A DNA stretch of 32,000 nt from Wolbachia endosymbiont of Drosophila innubila (GTDB lineage Bacteria > Pseudomonadota > Alphaproteobacteria > Rickettsiales > Anaplasmataceae). Positions 1-9,613 of this stretch are shown here, one piece after another. The position numbers and the translations under genes were made by a program. Positions within the stretch are counted from its first letter, which is position 1. Every line of letters starts with the position of its first letter. The stretch spans positions 1,258,588-1,290,587 of the forward strand of contig NZ_CP076228.1 in NCBI RefSeq assembly GCF_021378375.1, in the 5' to 3' direction. The notes under the pieces are model-generated. The model was not told the DNA's origin. It searched no databases and was given only the letters and a program-made list of their open reading frames with translations.

Positions 1-189
1 ATATCAAAGTAGTGAGATTAAAGACACACAGAGAAGAGGAATCGTCACGCCCCTTGATTATAAGAATCGTTGTTCAGCAAGGTTCTCTTCTCTGGTTTAT
101 TATACTGAAAGTTCCGAATAACTGATTGAGCTTTTAGGCTCGTATATAAGGCTGGAAAATGCAGTATATGTTATTATTACGGAGGAATT

Positions 190-784
190 ATGAATTCATC
201 AAACATTATTGCTGGCATTGATGTTAGCAAAAGTAAATTAGATCTCCACATTCACCCACTTGAGCATTATAAAATATTTGAAAACAATGTACAATCCATT
301 GATGAAATGCTGGACTTTTTACGTTTGCATAATGTAACCAAAATTGGTCTTGAGGCAACTGGTGGATACGAAAAATTATGTGCCTATACTTTACTAAGCA
401 ATGGTTTTGAGGTGTACGTCATTCAACCAAGGTGGGAGAGACTATGCTAAAAGCCTTGGTATTACTACAAAAACTGATAAAATAGACTGCAGTATCATCT
501 CACGTTATATTAATAATACAGATATGCGTGTTACTCCTTTAACAGTTAGTAATGGTAATATTGATTGCTTGAAACAAAAATTATCTCGTAGAAACCAACT
601 TGTAGAAATAGCAAAAATACAAAAAACCCAAATCCAACAGGTAACTGATACATCTATAATCAAACAAATAGAGGAACTTCTTGCAATTTTACGTAATCAA
701 ATTAAAACTTTAGAAGATGAAATGATTACATTTATCGATCAAAACCAAGAGCTTAAAAGAAAATATATATCAATAATTATATAG
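190..784 (+). pseudogene. IS110-family transposase, frameshifted and 3'-truncated
   Basis: Frames 190-450 and 401-784 together read as the N-terminal DEDD-type domain plus coiled coil of IS110 transposases (IIAGIDVSK, GLEATGGYE, KTDKIDC). The frame switches near 425-445. The C-terminal domain is absent, and the ORF ends where a palindromic-repeat fragment (agcgggatgacgg, 786-798) starts. Confidence 0.75.
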
Positions 785-958
785 TAGCGGGATGACGGTT
801 TTTCAAATTATCGGTAAATCTAAGTCAGTTTAGCTATAGGCAGCAATTTTCTGTATTGATTTTAAATTGAAGAAAGCTCAAATGAAAGATCGTGTTTTGC
901 TAAAAATCACAGAATGCAGTCTGGTTACTATTTAAAAGGATATGTTCAAAAAACTGTG

Positions 959-1939
959 TCAAATCAACTCATACACTTCATGACCAACTTCATGATGAAG
1001 TTCCGCAGTTGGATGGAAATAATCAAAAAAGAAATAATCCTTTAGTGTTTCTTTGCTACACCCAGGGTTATAGTGAACGTCAAGTTCCCCTTTAAATATC
1101 AACTTTAAGAGTATTTTTATATTTTCTTTAAATCTCCCAACTTGGTCTGCAATGTTCGATGTGCATGCATCTTGACAATTTAAACCTTTGCTCTTGTATT
1201 CGCTAAACATACTTCTCATTTTAGAGTTAAGATCAAATGCTTTTATTTCAAGATTTGTACTTTTCTTCATATAATCTAAGCCTTTAGCCAGTTTTGCATT
1301 GAAACTCTCCGTGAGCTTTGTAGCTAGTTCCCTTGCTTCTTCATCTCTATTAAAAGCTGGTATTGAGCCAACTTCAGGTGCATTTGCAACAACTACATGC
1401 TTAACACCATGTTCATTTAGAACCTTAAGTGCATTACATATTTCACTCACTGCTTGTTCCAACACTTCTTCCGCTTTAGTATCGTCATAAGCAGTGGCAA
1501 CCATAACATCATTTCCGCCGATTATGATGCAAAATAAATCTTCTTTACCTATATCTGGATGATGTTTAATTACCGCATCTAGCTGGTTAGCTAAACGAAA
1601 TTTATTGAAGAAATAAGAAAAAATAGGGTCAAAAATTTCAGATGCTGTTGCATATGAAACTGCGTAATTCTGACCTTGCTGTTCGTGGCATCTCCCAAAA
1701 AATGAATAACTCCACCCAGGTTTAAATTCATCTAAATCTAAATATTTTGCTATATATTCAACAGCAGTAGGGCCATTGCTAAAAGATCTTCCTTGATAAA
1801 AAGGATCATCAAATTTTACGCTTTTTGCAAAGGATAAATTATTTAAAATTCCAATGATTGCGCCATTATCGGATAAGCTATCACCCAGAACATAAAAATT
1901 TCTATACTTTGAATTAGAATTGTCATTTTTGTTTGTCAT
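959..1939 (-). CDS. SGNH/GDSL-family lipase/acylhydrolase
   Basis: 326-aa ORF with block I FYVLGDSLSDNG, block III IIIGGNDV and block V FFDYFHPT (Asp/His). No obvious N-terminal signal peptide. Confidence 0.8.
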   Translation of the reverse strand: MTNKNDNSNSKYRNFYVLGDSLSDNGAIIGILNNLSFAKSVKFDDPFYQGRSFSNGPTAVEYIAKYLDLDEFKPGWSYSFFGRCHEQQGQNYAVSYATASEIFDPIFSYFFNKFRLANQLDAVIKHHPDIGKEDLFCIIIGGNDVMVATAYDDTKAEEVLEQAVSEICNALKVLNEHGVKHVVVANAPEVGSIPAFNRDEEARELATKLTESFNAKLAKGLDYMKKSTNLEIKAFDLNSKMRSMFSEYKSKGLNCQDACTSNIADQVGRFKENIKILLKLIFKGELDVHYNPGCSKETLKDYFFFDYFHPTAELHHEVGHEVYELI

Positions 1940-2079
1940 AATATTTACCGTAGATTAGCATGTTGTTTCATTAGATTCATAGAAAAAGAAAAATAGCGGT
2001 GAAATTATACAACTTTGGCCTAACTTGCTCTCCACTTTTTCCGGGCAAAATCAGCTTCTTCTTAACTTGACACGTATAC

Positions 2080-4035
2080 TTAAAAGAACCCTCTAAGTTT
2101 TCTAGCACGGCTTGGATGTTTCAACTTGCGCAGTGCTTTTGCCTCTATTTGCCTAATTCTCTCACGTGTTACATTAAAAACTTTTCCTACTTCTTCTAAG
2201 GTATGTTCCTTCCCATCTTTACCAAGGCCAAAACGCATTCTTAAAATTCTTTCTTCCTTTGGTGTTAAAGTTGCAAGAACATTGGTTGTAATGCCACGCA
2301 AGTCAGCAAGTATTGCAGCATCCTCTGGCCTGGAGACTCGCTTGTCTTCTATACAATCACCAAAGGTACTACTATCATCTTTTCCTGTTGGAGCTTCAAG
2401 ACTTACTGGATCCCTTGCTATTTTCATAACTTTGCGTATTCTTTCCAGTGGCATTGTCAGTTCTACACTCAATTCCTCTAACGTCGGCTCTCTTCCCATC
2501 TCATGAGTCATCTTTCTTAATGCTCTGTTGATTTTACTGATAATTTCCACCATATGAACTGGTATTCTAACTACTTTAGACTGCTCAGGTATTGCTCTAG
2601 TGATTGATTGTCTTACCCACCAAGTGCCATAAGTTGAAAATTTATATCCACGTTTGTAATCAAACTTATCCACGGCCTTCATAAGACCAATATTGCCTTC
2701 TTGTATCAAATCAAGCAGATCAAGGCCTCTTTTTGAATACTTCTTAGCAATGGAAACTACTAGCCTTAAGTTAGCCTTAATCATTTCTTGCTTTGCTTCA
2801 GAGACTTCTCGTTCGTGTTTTTGTATTCTCTTGATTAGCTCCTTAAATTCTTGTACGTTATCTTCCTGTATATGCTGCTTAATACCGTTCAAGGTACTAG
2901 CTATATGTTCAGAGTTATCGTCTATAAACCTTAAAAATTTGTTTTTTAATTCACCTGTAAAAGAGGACTGATTTTCATTGATCTTTAAAAGACTTACCTT
3001 TTTCAATTCGTGCTTTAAAAGCACGTCATCATAAACTTTATAGAAACTTTCTCTATCGATATCGTATTTTCTAGCCTCAGCAATAAGATTAGCCTCTTCA
3101 AGCGTAATGGATCTATTTATCTTATAAAGTTCTTGTGTAATTCTGGCAACAGCAGCATCACTTAACTTAATTTGTAATGCTATAGACCATATTTGATTAT
3201 ACAAATTTTCTAGCTCATTAGAGAAATTTTTAGAATTTTTTCTTAATATCAACGCTTCATTTGTTAAAGTAATTATCTCATCCAATGCAACTATGACCTT
3301 TGGCAATAAGTCACTTTCCATTTCAAGAATAGAAACATTTAAATTGACTGAACTTATATCTTCATTATTACCGTCTTTCTCATCATCACTTTTTTTACTA
3401 TCTTTCTCATCATCACTACAGTACTCAGCATCTTCAGAAACATCCTCAGAATCCTCAACATCTTCAGCACTTTCTTCACTCTCTTCACTTTCTTCTTTGG
3501 GTACCACATTAAAATCAGAGTTATAAATTGCATCCAGATCTATAATTTCTCTCAGTAAGAGAGCTCCATTACTTAAATCATCACGCCATACTTTTATCAC
3601 CTTTAATGTTACTGATGTTTCAATTATTGCACGTAACATGTTATGCTTTTCAGATTCAATTTTTTTTGCTATCTCGATTTCATCTGCCCTTGATAAAAGC
3701 TTTACGGAGCTCATGTCTTGTAAATAAATCCTCACTGGATCATCATTTTGTACTAAAGTTGCAGTAACATTTGGCGATGTGTCATCATCATCAAGTTTAC
3801 TATCATCACTGTTGGAAGGAATATCTTCTTCATCTTCGCTACTTTCAAGCACATTAATTCCGGAATCCTGCAATAAAGATATAGCATCATCTATAAAGTC
3901 AGACGAAAAATTTTCATCTGATAATTTATCATTTATATCATCAAAGGTGATAAAACCACCCTTTTTTATACTCTTAGTTACCAGATCTTTGATAATTTTT
4001 TTCTTATCTTCTGCATCATTAATAGTTGACATCAT
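2080..4035 (-). CDS. rpoD: RNA polymerase sigma-70 factor RpoD
   Basis: 651 aa. Region 2 reads [41 protein letters not shown] and region 4 reads [30 protein letters not shown]. Long acidic non-conserved insert. Confidence 0.95.
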   Translation of the reverse strand: MMSTINDAEDKKKIIKDLVTKSIKKGGFITFDDINDKLSDENFSSDFIDDAISLLQDSGINVLESSEDEEDIPSNSDDSKLDDDDTSPNVTATLVQNDDPVRIYLQDMSSVKLLSRADEIEIAKKIESEKHNMLRAIIETSVTLKVIKVWRDDLSNGALLLREIIDLDAIYNSDFNVVPKEESEESEESAEDVEDSEDVSEDAEYCSDDEKDSKKSDDEKDGNNEDISSVNLNVSILEMESDLLPKVIVALDEIITLTNEALILRKNSKNFSNELENLYNQIWSIALQIKLSDAAVARITQELYKINRSITLEEANLIAEARKYDIDRESFYKVYDDVLLKHELKKVSLLKINENQSSFTGELKNKFLRFIDDNSEHIASTLNGIKQHIQEDNVQEFKELIKRIQKHEREVSEAKQEMIKANLRLVVSIAKKYSKRGLDLLDLIQEGNIGLMKAVDKFDYKRGYKFSTYGTWWVRQSITRAIPEQSKVVRIPVHMVEIISKINRALRKMTHEMGREPTLEELSVELTMPLERIRKVMKIARDPVSLEAPTGKDDSSTFGDCIEDKRVSRPEDAAILADLRGITTNVLATLTPKEERILRMRFGLGKDGKEHTLEEVGKVFNVTRERIRQIEAKALRKLKHPSRARKLRGFF

Positions 4036-4170
4036 TACCTTTATAGTTTATAATTTTATTTCTTATTAACAAACAAACTTACAACGAGCAAGTCTATAAT
4101 TTTACTTTTAACTTGTGGCTATTTGTTACTTCATATAGTTTAAGATACTGTTAATTTATGTACACTTGTC

Positions 4171-4482
4171 TTAATCAATTGTTCCATACTTTTCTTCCAT
4201 TTTTACTGCTATGGATAATCCAACTGAAAATGTTGCAATTCCAACCACTATAGCAGTAAGCATTAAAACATGGGGTATAGGATTGCTATATGAATAAAAA
4301 TTTGAAACCAATATAGGAGGCAAGGAACTTTTTATATATCCTAGAGATATGTAAAATAACAAAACAGATGCTTGGAAGACGCTTACCCCTATCATTTTCT
4401 TGATTAAATTTTTATCGTTTATAATAATATATAAACCTAGCACCATTAATACAATAATAATCGTATAATTATATAAAGTCAT
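4171..4482 (-). CDS. mnhC: Na+/H+ (Mrp/Mnh) antiporter subunit C
   Basis: 103-aa, three-helix hydrophobic NuoK-like protein. It is last in an overlapping minus-strand mrp gene string, with a 4-nt overlap with the upstream ORF. Confidence 0.7.
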   Translation of the reverse strand: MTLYNYTIIIVLMVLGLYIIINDKNLIKKMIGVSVFQASVLLFYISLGYIKSSLPPILVSNFYSYSNPIPHVLMLTAIVVGIATFSVGLSIAVKMEEKYGTID

Positions 4483-4898
4483 TGTTTTTTCCTACGAGCA
4501 AAATTTATATATATAATTAACATAGAGGAGCAGACAGTAAATGCTACACCTAATTCCACCAAAAAAATACCTAATTTTTGACCGGTTCTATTATTGGTTA
4601 ACAAGATATCATAAGATAAAAAATTTTGGCCAAGTAAAGTTGTTGCAACGCCCGTTCCTCCATAAATTAAAATACCTAACACGTTAGTCAATCTAATCAC
4701 AGAATAAGGTATTGCTTTTAGAGTTGTAGATACACCAAATAGCATTGAATATAATATTATCCCGGAGGCAATAATTATTCCTGCTTGAAAACCTCCACCC
4801 GGAGTGTAATCACCGTGAAATTGTATGTATAAACCAAATAAAATGATAAAAGGTATCATCAAAAATGTTACTGCATTTAATATCGGATCTTTAATCAT
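4479..4898 (-). CDS. mnhB: Mrp/Mnh antiporter subunit B
   Basis: 139-aa membrane protein with the MnhB-domain signature HGDYTPGGGFQAG. Confidence 0.8.
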   Translation of the reverse strand: MIKDPILNAVTFLMIPFIILFGLYIQFHGDYTPGGGFQAGIIIASGIILYSMLFGVSTTLKAIPYSVIRLTNVLGILIYGGTGVATTLLGQNFLSYDILLTNNRTGQKLGIFLVELGVAFTVCSSMLIIYINFARRKKQ

Positions 4899-5418
4899 TT
4901 TCTTTTTCTTCTTTTAATATCAACGTTATACAAAGCGCAGCAGTAAAAACTACTATAGTTTCTCCAAACGTGTCATAACCACGAAAGCTTGCCAAAATAG
5001 CTGTCACTATATTAGGAATACCGGTAGCTTTTTCGGTATTTTCCACATAATAAGGAGCAACATGCAAGTGGATCGGAGCATTGTGGCTGCCAAAATCTGG
5101 CAATTGAATCATAAAATATGACAAACATACAGCCAGAAATAACATAAAAAAAAGCGTTATAGGGTTATGAGATAGATTTACTTTATGATTCTTTATCAAG
5201 GAGAGTGCTGCAAACGTAAAAACTGTACTGAGCCCCGCACCAACAGAAGCTTCAGTAATTGCAACATCAGGTGCATTCATAATTAAGTATATAAGCGCAA
5301 TCAGTGAACTAAATACACACATTAGAACAGCACTTACGACTAAATGTCGCGAGAAAACTATAAAAACCGTAACTGTTAGTAACAACAAAAGTAACACTAC
5401 ATTTAATATTTCTAACAC
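4891..5418 (-). CDS. Mrp antiporter membrane subunit (MrpA C-terminal / MbhD, DUF4040-like)
   Basis: 175-aa polytopic protein with a DUF4040-like APDVAITEASVGAGLSTV motif. Translationally coupled inside the mrp string. Confidence 0.6.
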   Translation of the reverse strand: MLEILNVVLLLLLLTVTVFIVFSRHLVVSAVLMCVFSSLIALIYLIMNAPDVAITEASVGAGLSTVFTFAALSLIKNHKVNLSHNPITLFFMLFLAVCLSYFMIQLPDFGSHNAPIHLHVAPYYVENTEKATGIPNIVTAILASFRGYDTFGETIVVFTAALCITLILKEEKEND

Positions 5419-5419
5419 C

Positions 5420-5707
5420 TTAGCCTTCTTTAACAGTTTTTTTCTTAACTTTATAATGAGTGCGCGCTAAAATATAGCTATTAGTTGAGTTAGCTACCCA
5501 TATTATAAAAATTAATAATACTATTTTAACAGTATTGATTGAAAATCCATTCTGCAAAGCAAAACCAATTAACAATAACGTTGCACCGCTAGAATCTGTA
5601 ATACCTGCTGCATGTAACCTAGTATAGAAATCAGGAAATCTGATCACCCCTATATTTGAAATAATTATCAAACAAATACCTAAAAATATGAAAATGGATC
5701 CTATCAT
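5420..5707 (-). CDS. mnhG: Mrp/Mnh antiporter subunit G
   Basis: 95 aa with RFPDFYTRLHAAGITDSSGATLLLIG, typical of the MnhG/PhaG family. Confidence 0.75.
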   Translation of the reverse strand: MIGSIFIFLGICLIIISNIGVIRFPDFYTRLHAAGITDSSGATLLLIGFALQNGFSINTVKIVLLIFIIWVANSTNSYILARTHYKVKKKTVKEG

Positions 5708-5713
5708 AAATTA

Positions 5714-5959
5714 TCAAAACAACATTAATCTCATTAGTGCTATAGTTGATATAAAGCTAACGCTAGCATACAACAATGCTATATCAATTAAAAAAAAATT
5801 ATTCAGAATGATTGATATTGCTGTTATAAGTACAACTACTTGCGTTGAGAAATTATTGAACGCTAAAACCTTATTGTACACATCATTTGACTTAGACACT
5901 ATGCAACACAACATTACACTCATACAGAACAACAGTGTATAGATAGCAATGCAAATCAT
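5714..5959 (-). CDS. mnhF: Mrp/Mnh antiporter subunit F (probable)
   Basis: 81-aa, three-helix hydrophobic ORF directly upstream of mnhG on the same strand. Preferred over the antisense 84-aa ORF at 5688-5942 because of operon context and hydrophobicity. Confidence 0.55.
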   Translation of the reverse strand: MICIAIYTLLFCMSVMLCCIVSKSNDVYNKVLAFNNFSTQVVVLITAISIILNNFFLIDIALLYASVSFISTIALMRLMLF

Positions 5960-5987
5960 TTAAAGACTATGTGACTTCAGTAGATTT

Positions 5988-6395
5988 CTAAACGGATACT
6001 TCTTCATCGCCATCTTGATCATTTATTTCATCATCTATTTCACCATCCACTTCATAATCTTGGCTTTCTTGACTTGCATCAAGATCTGTGTTATCAGAAA
6101 AATTTAATAAATTCGCTAGCTTACTTGTATTACTGCTGTAAACATTATTCATATTTCCTTTCATGTATTCCTTGCATCTACCTACCAAAAGGCTAAACAG
6201 CTCATGAGTATCCACCTGTTTTCCTGCTATTTCATGTAAGGAAACTATGGTATTTTTATGACCCTTAAACTTAGCTGCTTGAATTGGATTACTTGCCCCT
6301 GTATTTAAACCATGTGTTCTTTGACTTGCCAACAGAACCAATTTGAAACGGTTACTTACCCGTTCTATACACTTTTCTACAATAGACTCAGCCAT
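5988..6395 (-). CDS. rpoZ: RNA polymerase omega subunit
   Basis: N-terminus VEKCIERVSNRFKLVLLASQRTHGL is the RpoZ core. It carries an acidic C-terminal tail. Confidence 0.85.
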   Translation of the reverse strand: MAESIVEKCIERVSNRFKLVLLASQRTHGLNTGASNPIQAAKFKGHKNTIVSLHEIAGKQVDTHELFSLLVGRCKEYMKGNMNNVYSSNTSKLANLLNFSDNTDLDASQESQDYEVDGEIDDEINDQDGDEEVSV

Positions 6396-6418
6396 AAGAT
6401 ACTACCTTAATAAGTTTT

Positions 6419-6447
6419 ATACTATATCACAAAAAACAAGTTGTCAA
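6419..6447 (-). promoter_or_regulatory. Candidate sigma70 promoter for rpoZ
   Basis: Minus strand reads TTGACA (6447-6442), a 17-nt spacer, then TAGTAT (6424-6419). The -35 lies inside a 13-nt palindrome, aagttgtcaactt. An AAGG Shine-Dalgarno and the ATG follow. Confidence 0.35.
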
Positions 6448-6455
6448 CTTTGTAT

Positions 6456-6767
6456 CTATTGCGATTCAACTTCATGTTTTACTTTTTCTGCCTCAGATTT
6501 TATTTCTTGGCTTTCTGTCATCGTGATTGTTATCTCATGATCAAGTTTTTTTAGAAATCCTAACAATCGCTCTAAAGAAAAACCATCTATTTTACCATTT
6601 TTAATTTGCGATACCTTTGGCTGATCAATACCAAGTTTCTCAGCTGCAAAAGCCTGAGTCCAAGCATTTTTTTCTATAATTTTATTTATTATATAAAGCA
6701 ACTTTGTTTTTATTCCTGCACTGTCTAAGTTATTTAACGATATTATTTCCATAATTCTTACACTCAC
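6456..6767 (-). CDS. XRE-family helix-turn-helix regulator (antitoxin-like, COG5606-type)
   Basis: HTH core WTQAFAAEKLGIDQPKVSQIKNGKIDGFSLERLLGFL. The track start at 6767 is GTG; an ATG at 6752 (MEIISL...) is an alternative start. Confidence 0.8.
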   Translation of the reverse strand: MSVRIMEIISLNNLDSAGIKTKLLYIINKIIEKNAWTQAFAAEKLGIDQPKVSQIKNGKIDGFSLERLLGFLKKLDHEITITMTESQEIKSEAEKVKHEVESQ

Positions 6768-6783
6768 ATATCAATTAACTTTA

Positions 6784-6808
6784 TTAAATATTATAGCATA
6801 ATATTTAA
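6784..6808. promoter_or_regulatory. Perfect 11+3+11 palindrome, candidate operator overlapping a -10 box
   Basis: ttaaatattat-agc-ataatatttaa has 11/11 complementary arms. The minus strand reads TATAAT at 6795-6790, 17-41 nt upstream of the XRE start. Confidence 0.4.
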
Positions 6809-7179
6809 TATACCAAGATATTAATATCATGTAACTTGTCAATAATTATATGATATCAATATTTAAAACTTTAAGTTGATTATATATTAATATTTTTATC
6901 AAATTTCTAGTAATTTTAAATTACCATTTTACCATCAGTCTATCTGAAAAAACCATTTATAGAAAGAACAAGCTAAGATTACAAAGCTTGAAATACAAAA
7001 ATAATTATTTTATAAATTTATCTTACATAAGAAGTTTATATCTCTATATCTTAATATAAATATTTATTTAAATTTTTAAAATTTCTATTTTAACGAGAAT
7101 TCTATATATTATATTTATAATATAATTTAAATATTTGTTGCTTTTTAGCTGGAACATTATTTAGTTAGTAAGTAAAATT

Positions 7180-7680
7180 GTGTTGAATATGACAAAAATA
7201 AAAAAAGATGTTGCTGTTATTATGGGAAGTGAGTCAGATTACACCACTATGGTCCATACTGTTGATATGTTAAAAGCATTAGAAGTTTCACATGATATAT
7301 TCATAATATCTGCACATAGAACACCAGAAAGGCTCTTCAATTTTGCTAAATTTGCACAAGAAGAAGGTTTTAAGGTTATTATAGCTGGTGCAGGAGGTGC
7401 AGCTCATTTACCTGGTATGGTTGCGTCACTAACTTGTTTACCAGTTATCGGCGTTCCTGTGCATAGTAAACAATTAAATGGGCTGGACAGCCTACTCTCT
7501 ATAGTTCAAATGCCAAAGGGTGTTCCAGTTGCAACCATGTCTATAGGGGAAAATGGAGCACATAATGCTGCCATTACCGCCGTATCTATATTGTCAATTT
7601 CTAACAGTGAAATTGCAGGTAGGTTAAAAAAGTGGAGAGAGAAGCAGACCAAAGAAGTAAAAGAAAAACCAGTTTCATAA
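7180..7680 (+). CDS. purE: N5-carboxyaminoimidazole ribonucleotide mutase
   Basis: [19 protein letters not shown] and [14 protein letters not shown] motifs. The ATG at 7189 may be the true start. Confidence 0.9.
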
Positions 7681-7687
7681 TAAATCT

Positions 7688-9513
7688 ATGGCAATAATTC
7701 TTTTAGACACAAAAACCATAAACCGTATAGCAGCGGGGGAGGTGATAGAAAGGCCAGCAAGTGTAGTAAAGGAATTAGTGGAAAATGCAATAGATGCTGG
7801 AAGTTTAGAAATAGAGATTAAAATAGAAAGTGGTGGGCGTAACCTTATTATTGTGACAGATGATGGTAACGGAGTAGAAAAAACGATTTAGAACTTGCGT
7901 TTATGCGCCATGCTACTTCAAAATTGAGCGACAATGAGTTGATAGAAATCAAGCATCTTGGCTTTAGAGGAGAAGCTCTGCCTTCAATAGCAGCAGTAAG
8001 TAGGATAAAATTATCGTCTAAGGCAAGAGAAGCAAATGAAGCATGGTCTATAAGTTATGAGGGTGGAGAGAAAATAGGGGAGCAAACTCCTTACTCTTTA
8101 TCACAAGGCACACATATTGAAGTACGAGATTTATTTTTTGCCACTCCAAATAGACTAAAATTTCTAAAAACTGAAAGAGCAGAAACTCAAAGCATTGTTG
8201 ATATTGTAAACAACCTAGCAATGATTAACTATCATATAGGGTTTACTCTCACTTCAGGTAATAAAAAGCTCTTAAAATACGCTAAGCAGACTTCGTTATT
8301 TCATAGATTGTGTGAAGTAGAAGAAGAATTTCAGGGCAATTCTTTGGAGATCAATGAAGAAGAAGACGGCATTAAACTTACGGGACACATCTGTAAGCCG
8401 ATCGTCAATCGTGGTAAGTCCACTCAGATCTATACGTTTGTTAATGGAAGGCCAATTAAAGATAATTTACTTATTGGCGCAGTTAGGTATGCATATCATG
8501 ATTTTATTCCAAGCGATAGGTATCCTTTTGCAGCGTTACATTTAGAGATACCTTATGATCAAGTAGATGTAAATGTGCATCCAAATAAGTCAGAAGTAAG
8601 GTTTCAGAATAAGAAGCTCATATATGAGATAATGACAAGAGGATTAATTAAAGCATTGTCAAGAAGGATAGGCACTTTTCCAGCGCATGACCAGAAAATG
8701 GATTCAACATTGCCGGATCCTTTTGATAAACCTAATGTTCAAAAAGAATTTTATGAAAAAAGACCAAGTCCTTTTAAAAATCAACTAATAAAAGAATTTG
8801 CTTCTCCAAATGAAAAAGCAAAAGGCTTATCAGAACAGTCAAAATCGTTTGATTATACCGGCATACAGAAATTTCCATCACAAGCGGAGACTATGGTTCT
8901 AGAAAAAAAGGTGTTAGAGCAAGTTGATTTGATAGAGAGCCACCCGCTCGGGTTTGCACGCTGTCAGGTCTATAATACTTACATTATTGCCGAGGTAAGA
9001 GATAAATTGATTATAGTCGACCAGCATGCAGCCCACGAAAGGCTAGCATATGAATGCTTAAAACAAAAATCAAGTGTAAAAAGACAAAAACTACTTCTTC
9101 CTGAAACGGTTGAAATCAAAAATCAAGCCGGAATGGAGATGATTGAAATCTATAAAGATAAGTTATTTGAAATGGGTTTTGATATTGAGATCAAACCAGA
9201 AAATAAAGTGATAGTAAAAGAAATCCCTGCAATTTTGGGAGCAATAGATGTGAAAGAGATGCTAATTAATATAGTCGATAGATTAACGGAAATAGAAGAT
9301 ACATTGCCAGTAGAAGATAAAGTGAACAAAATATTGGCCACTATCGCTTGTTATGGATCAATTAGAGCGGGTAGAAAAATGAGATTAGAAGAAATGAATG
9401 TGCTGCTTAGACAAATGGAAAAAACCCCATATTCCGGGCAATGCAACCACGGAAGACCAACTTATATAGAAATGAAACTCAGTGATATTGAAAAACTTTT
9501 TGAGCGTAGGTAA
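7688..9513 (+). pseudogene. mutL: DNA mismatch repair protein MutL, split by a frameshift in an A6 run
   Basis: ORF 7688-7891 holds the GHKL ATPase N-terminus ([29 protein letters not shown]). ORF 7903-9513 holds the rest in the -1 frame. One extra A in the run 7878-7883 would give a continuous [19 protein letters not shown]. Confidence 0.85.
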
Positions 9514-9584
9514 TGAGGTTGCCATAAATATGTAAGTGCTCCTTTCTCGTCATCCAAGTAGCTCATAGAAACGAAAAAACTTCC

Positions 9585-9613
9585 TTGACAAACTCCTCCA
9601 GCGCCCTTATTAT
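9585..9613 (+). promoter_or_regulatory. Consensus-like sigma70 promoter heading an intergenic repeat module
   Basis: TTGACA (9585-9590), a 17-nt spacer, then TATTAT (9608-9613). A homologous promoter block occurs at 20699-20727 on the minus strand. Confidence 0.5.

Noticed and set aside
2126-4069. Plus-strand ORFs of 77-126 aa antisense to rpoD (2126-2506, 2693-2971, 3293-3526, 3779-4069)
   Set aside because: Their Ser/Leu-rich low-complexity translations are the expected antisense image of a Glu/Asp/Lys-rich gene. The opposite strand has an unambiguous RpoD.
5688-5942. 84-aa plus-strand ORF opposite the putative mnhF
   Set aside because: The minus-strand alternative is hydrophobic and co-oriented with the mrp string, 6 nt from mnhG. 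The plus-strand product is soluble-looking with no context.
6768-7179. The 412-bp extremely AT-rich gap considered as a replication origin
   Set aside because: I saw no cluster of DnaA-box-like 9-mers (TTATCCACA or its complement). The flanking genes (XRE, purE) are not origin-linked genes. A divergent promoter region explains it more simply.
7878-7883. Rescue of mutL by transcriptional slippage on the poly(A) tract, as reported for endosymbiont genes
   Set aside because: Documented rescue involves much longer A runs. A six-base run is unlikely to slip at a useful rate, so a sequencing error or a true frameshift is more plausible.
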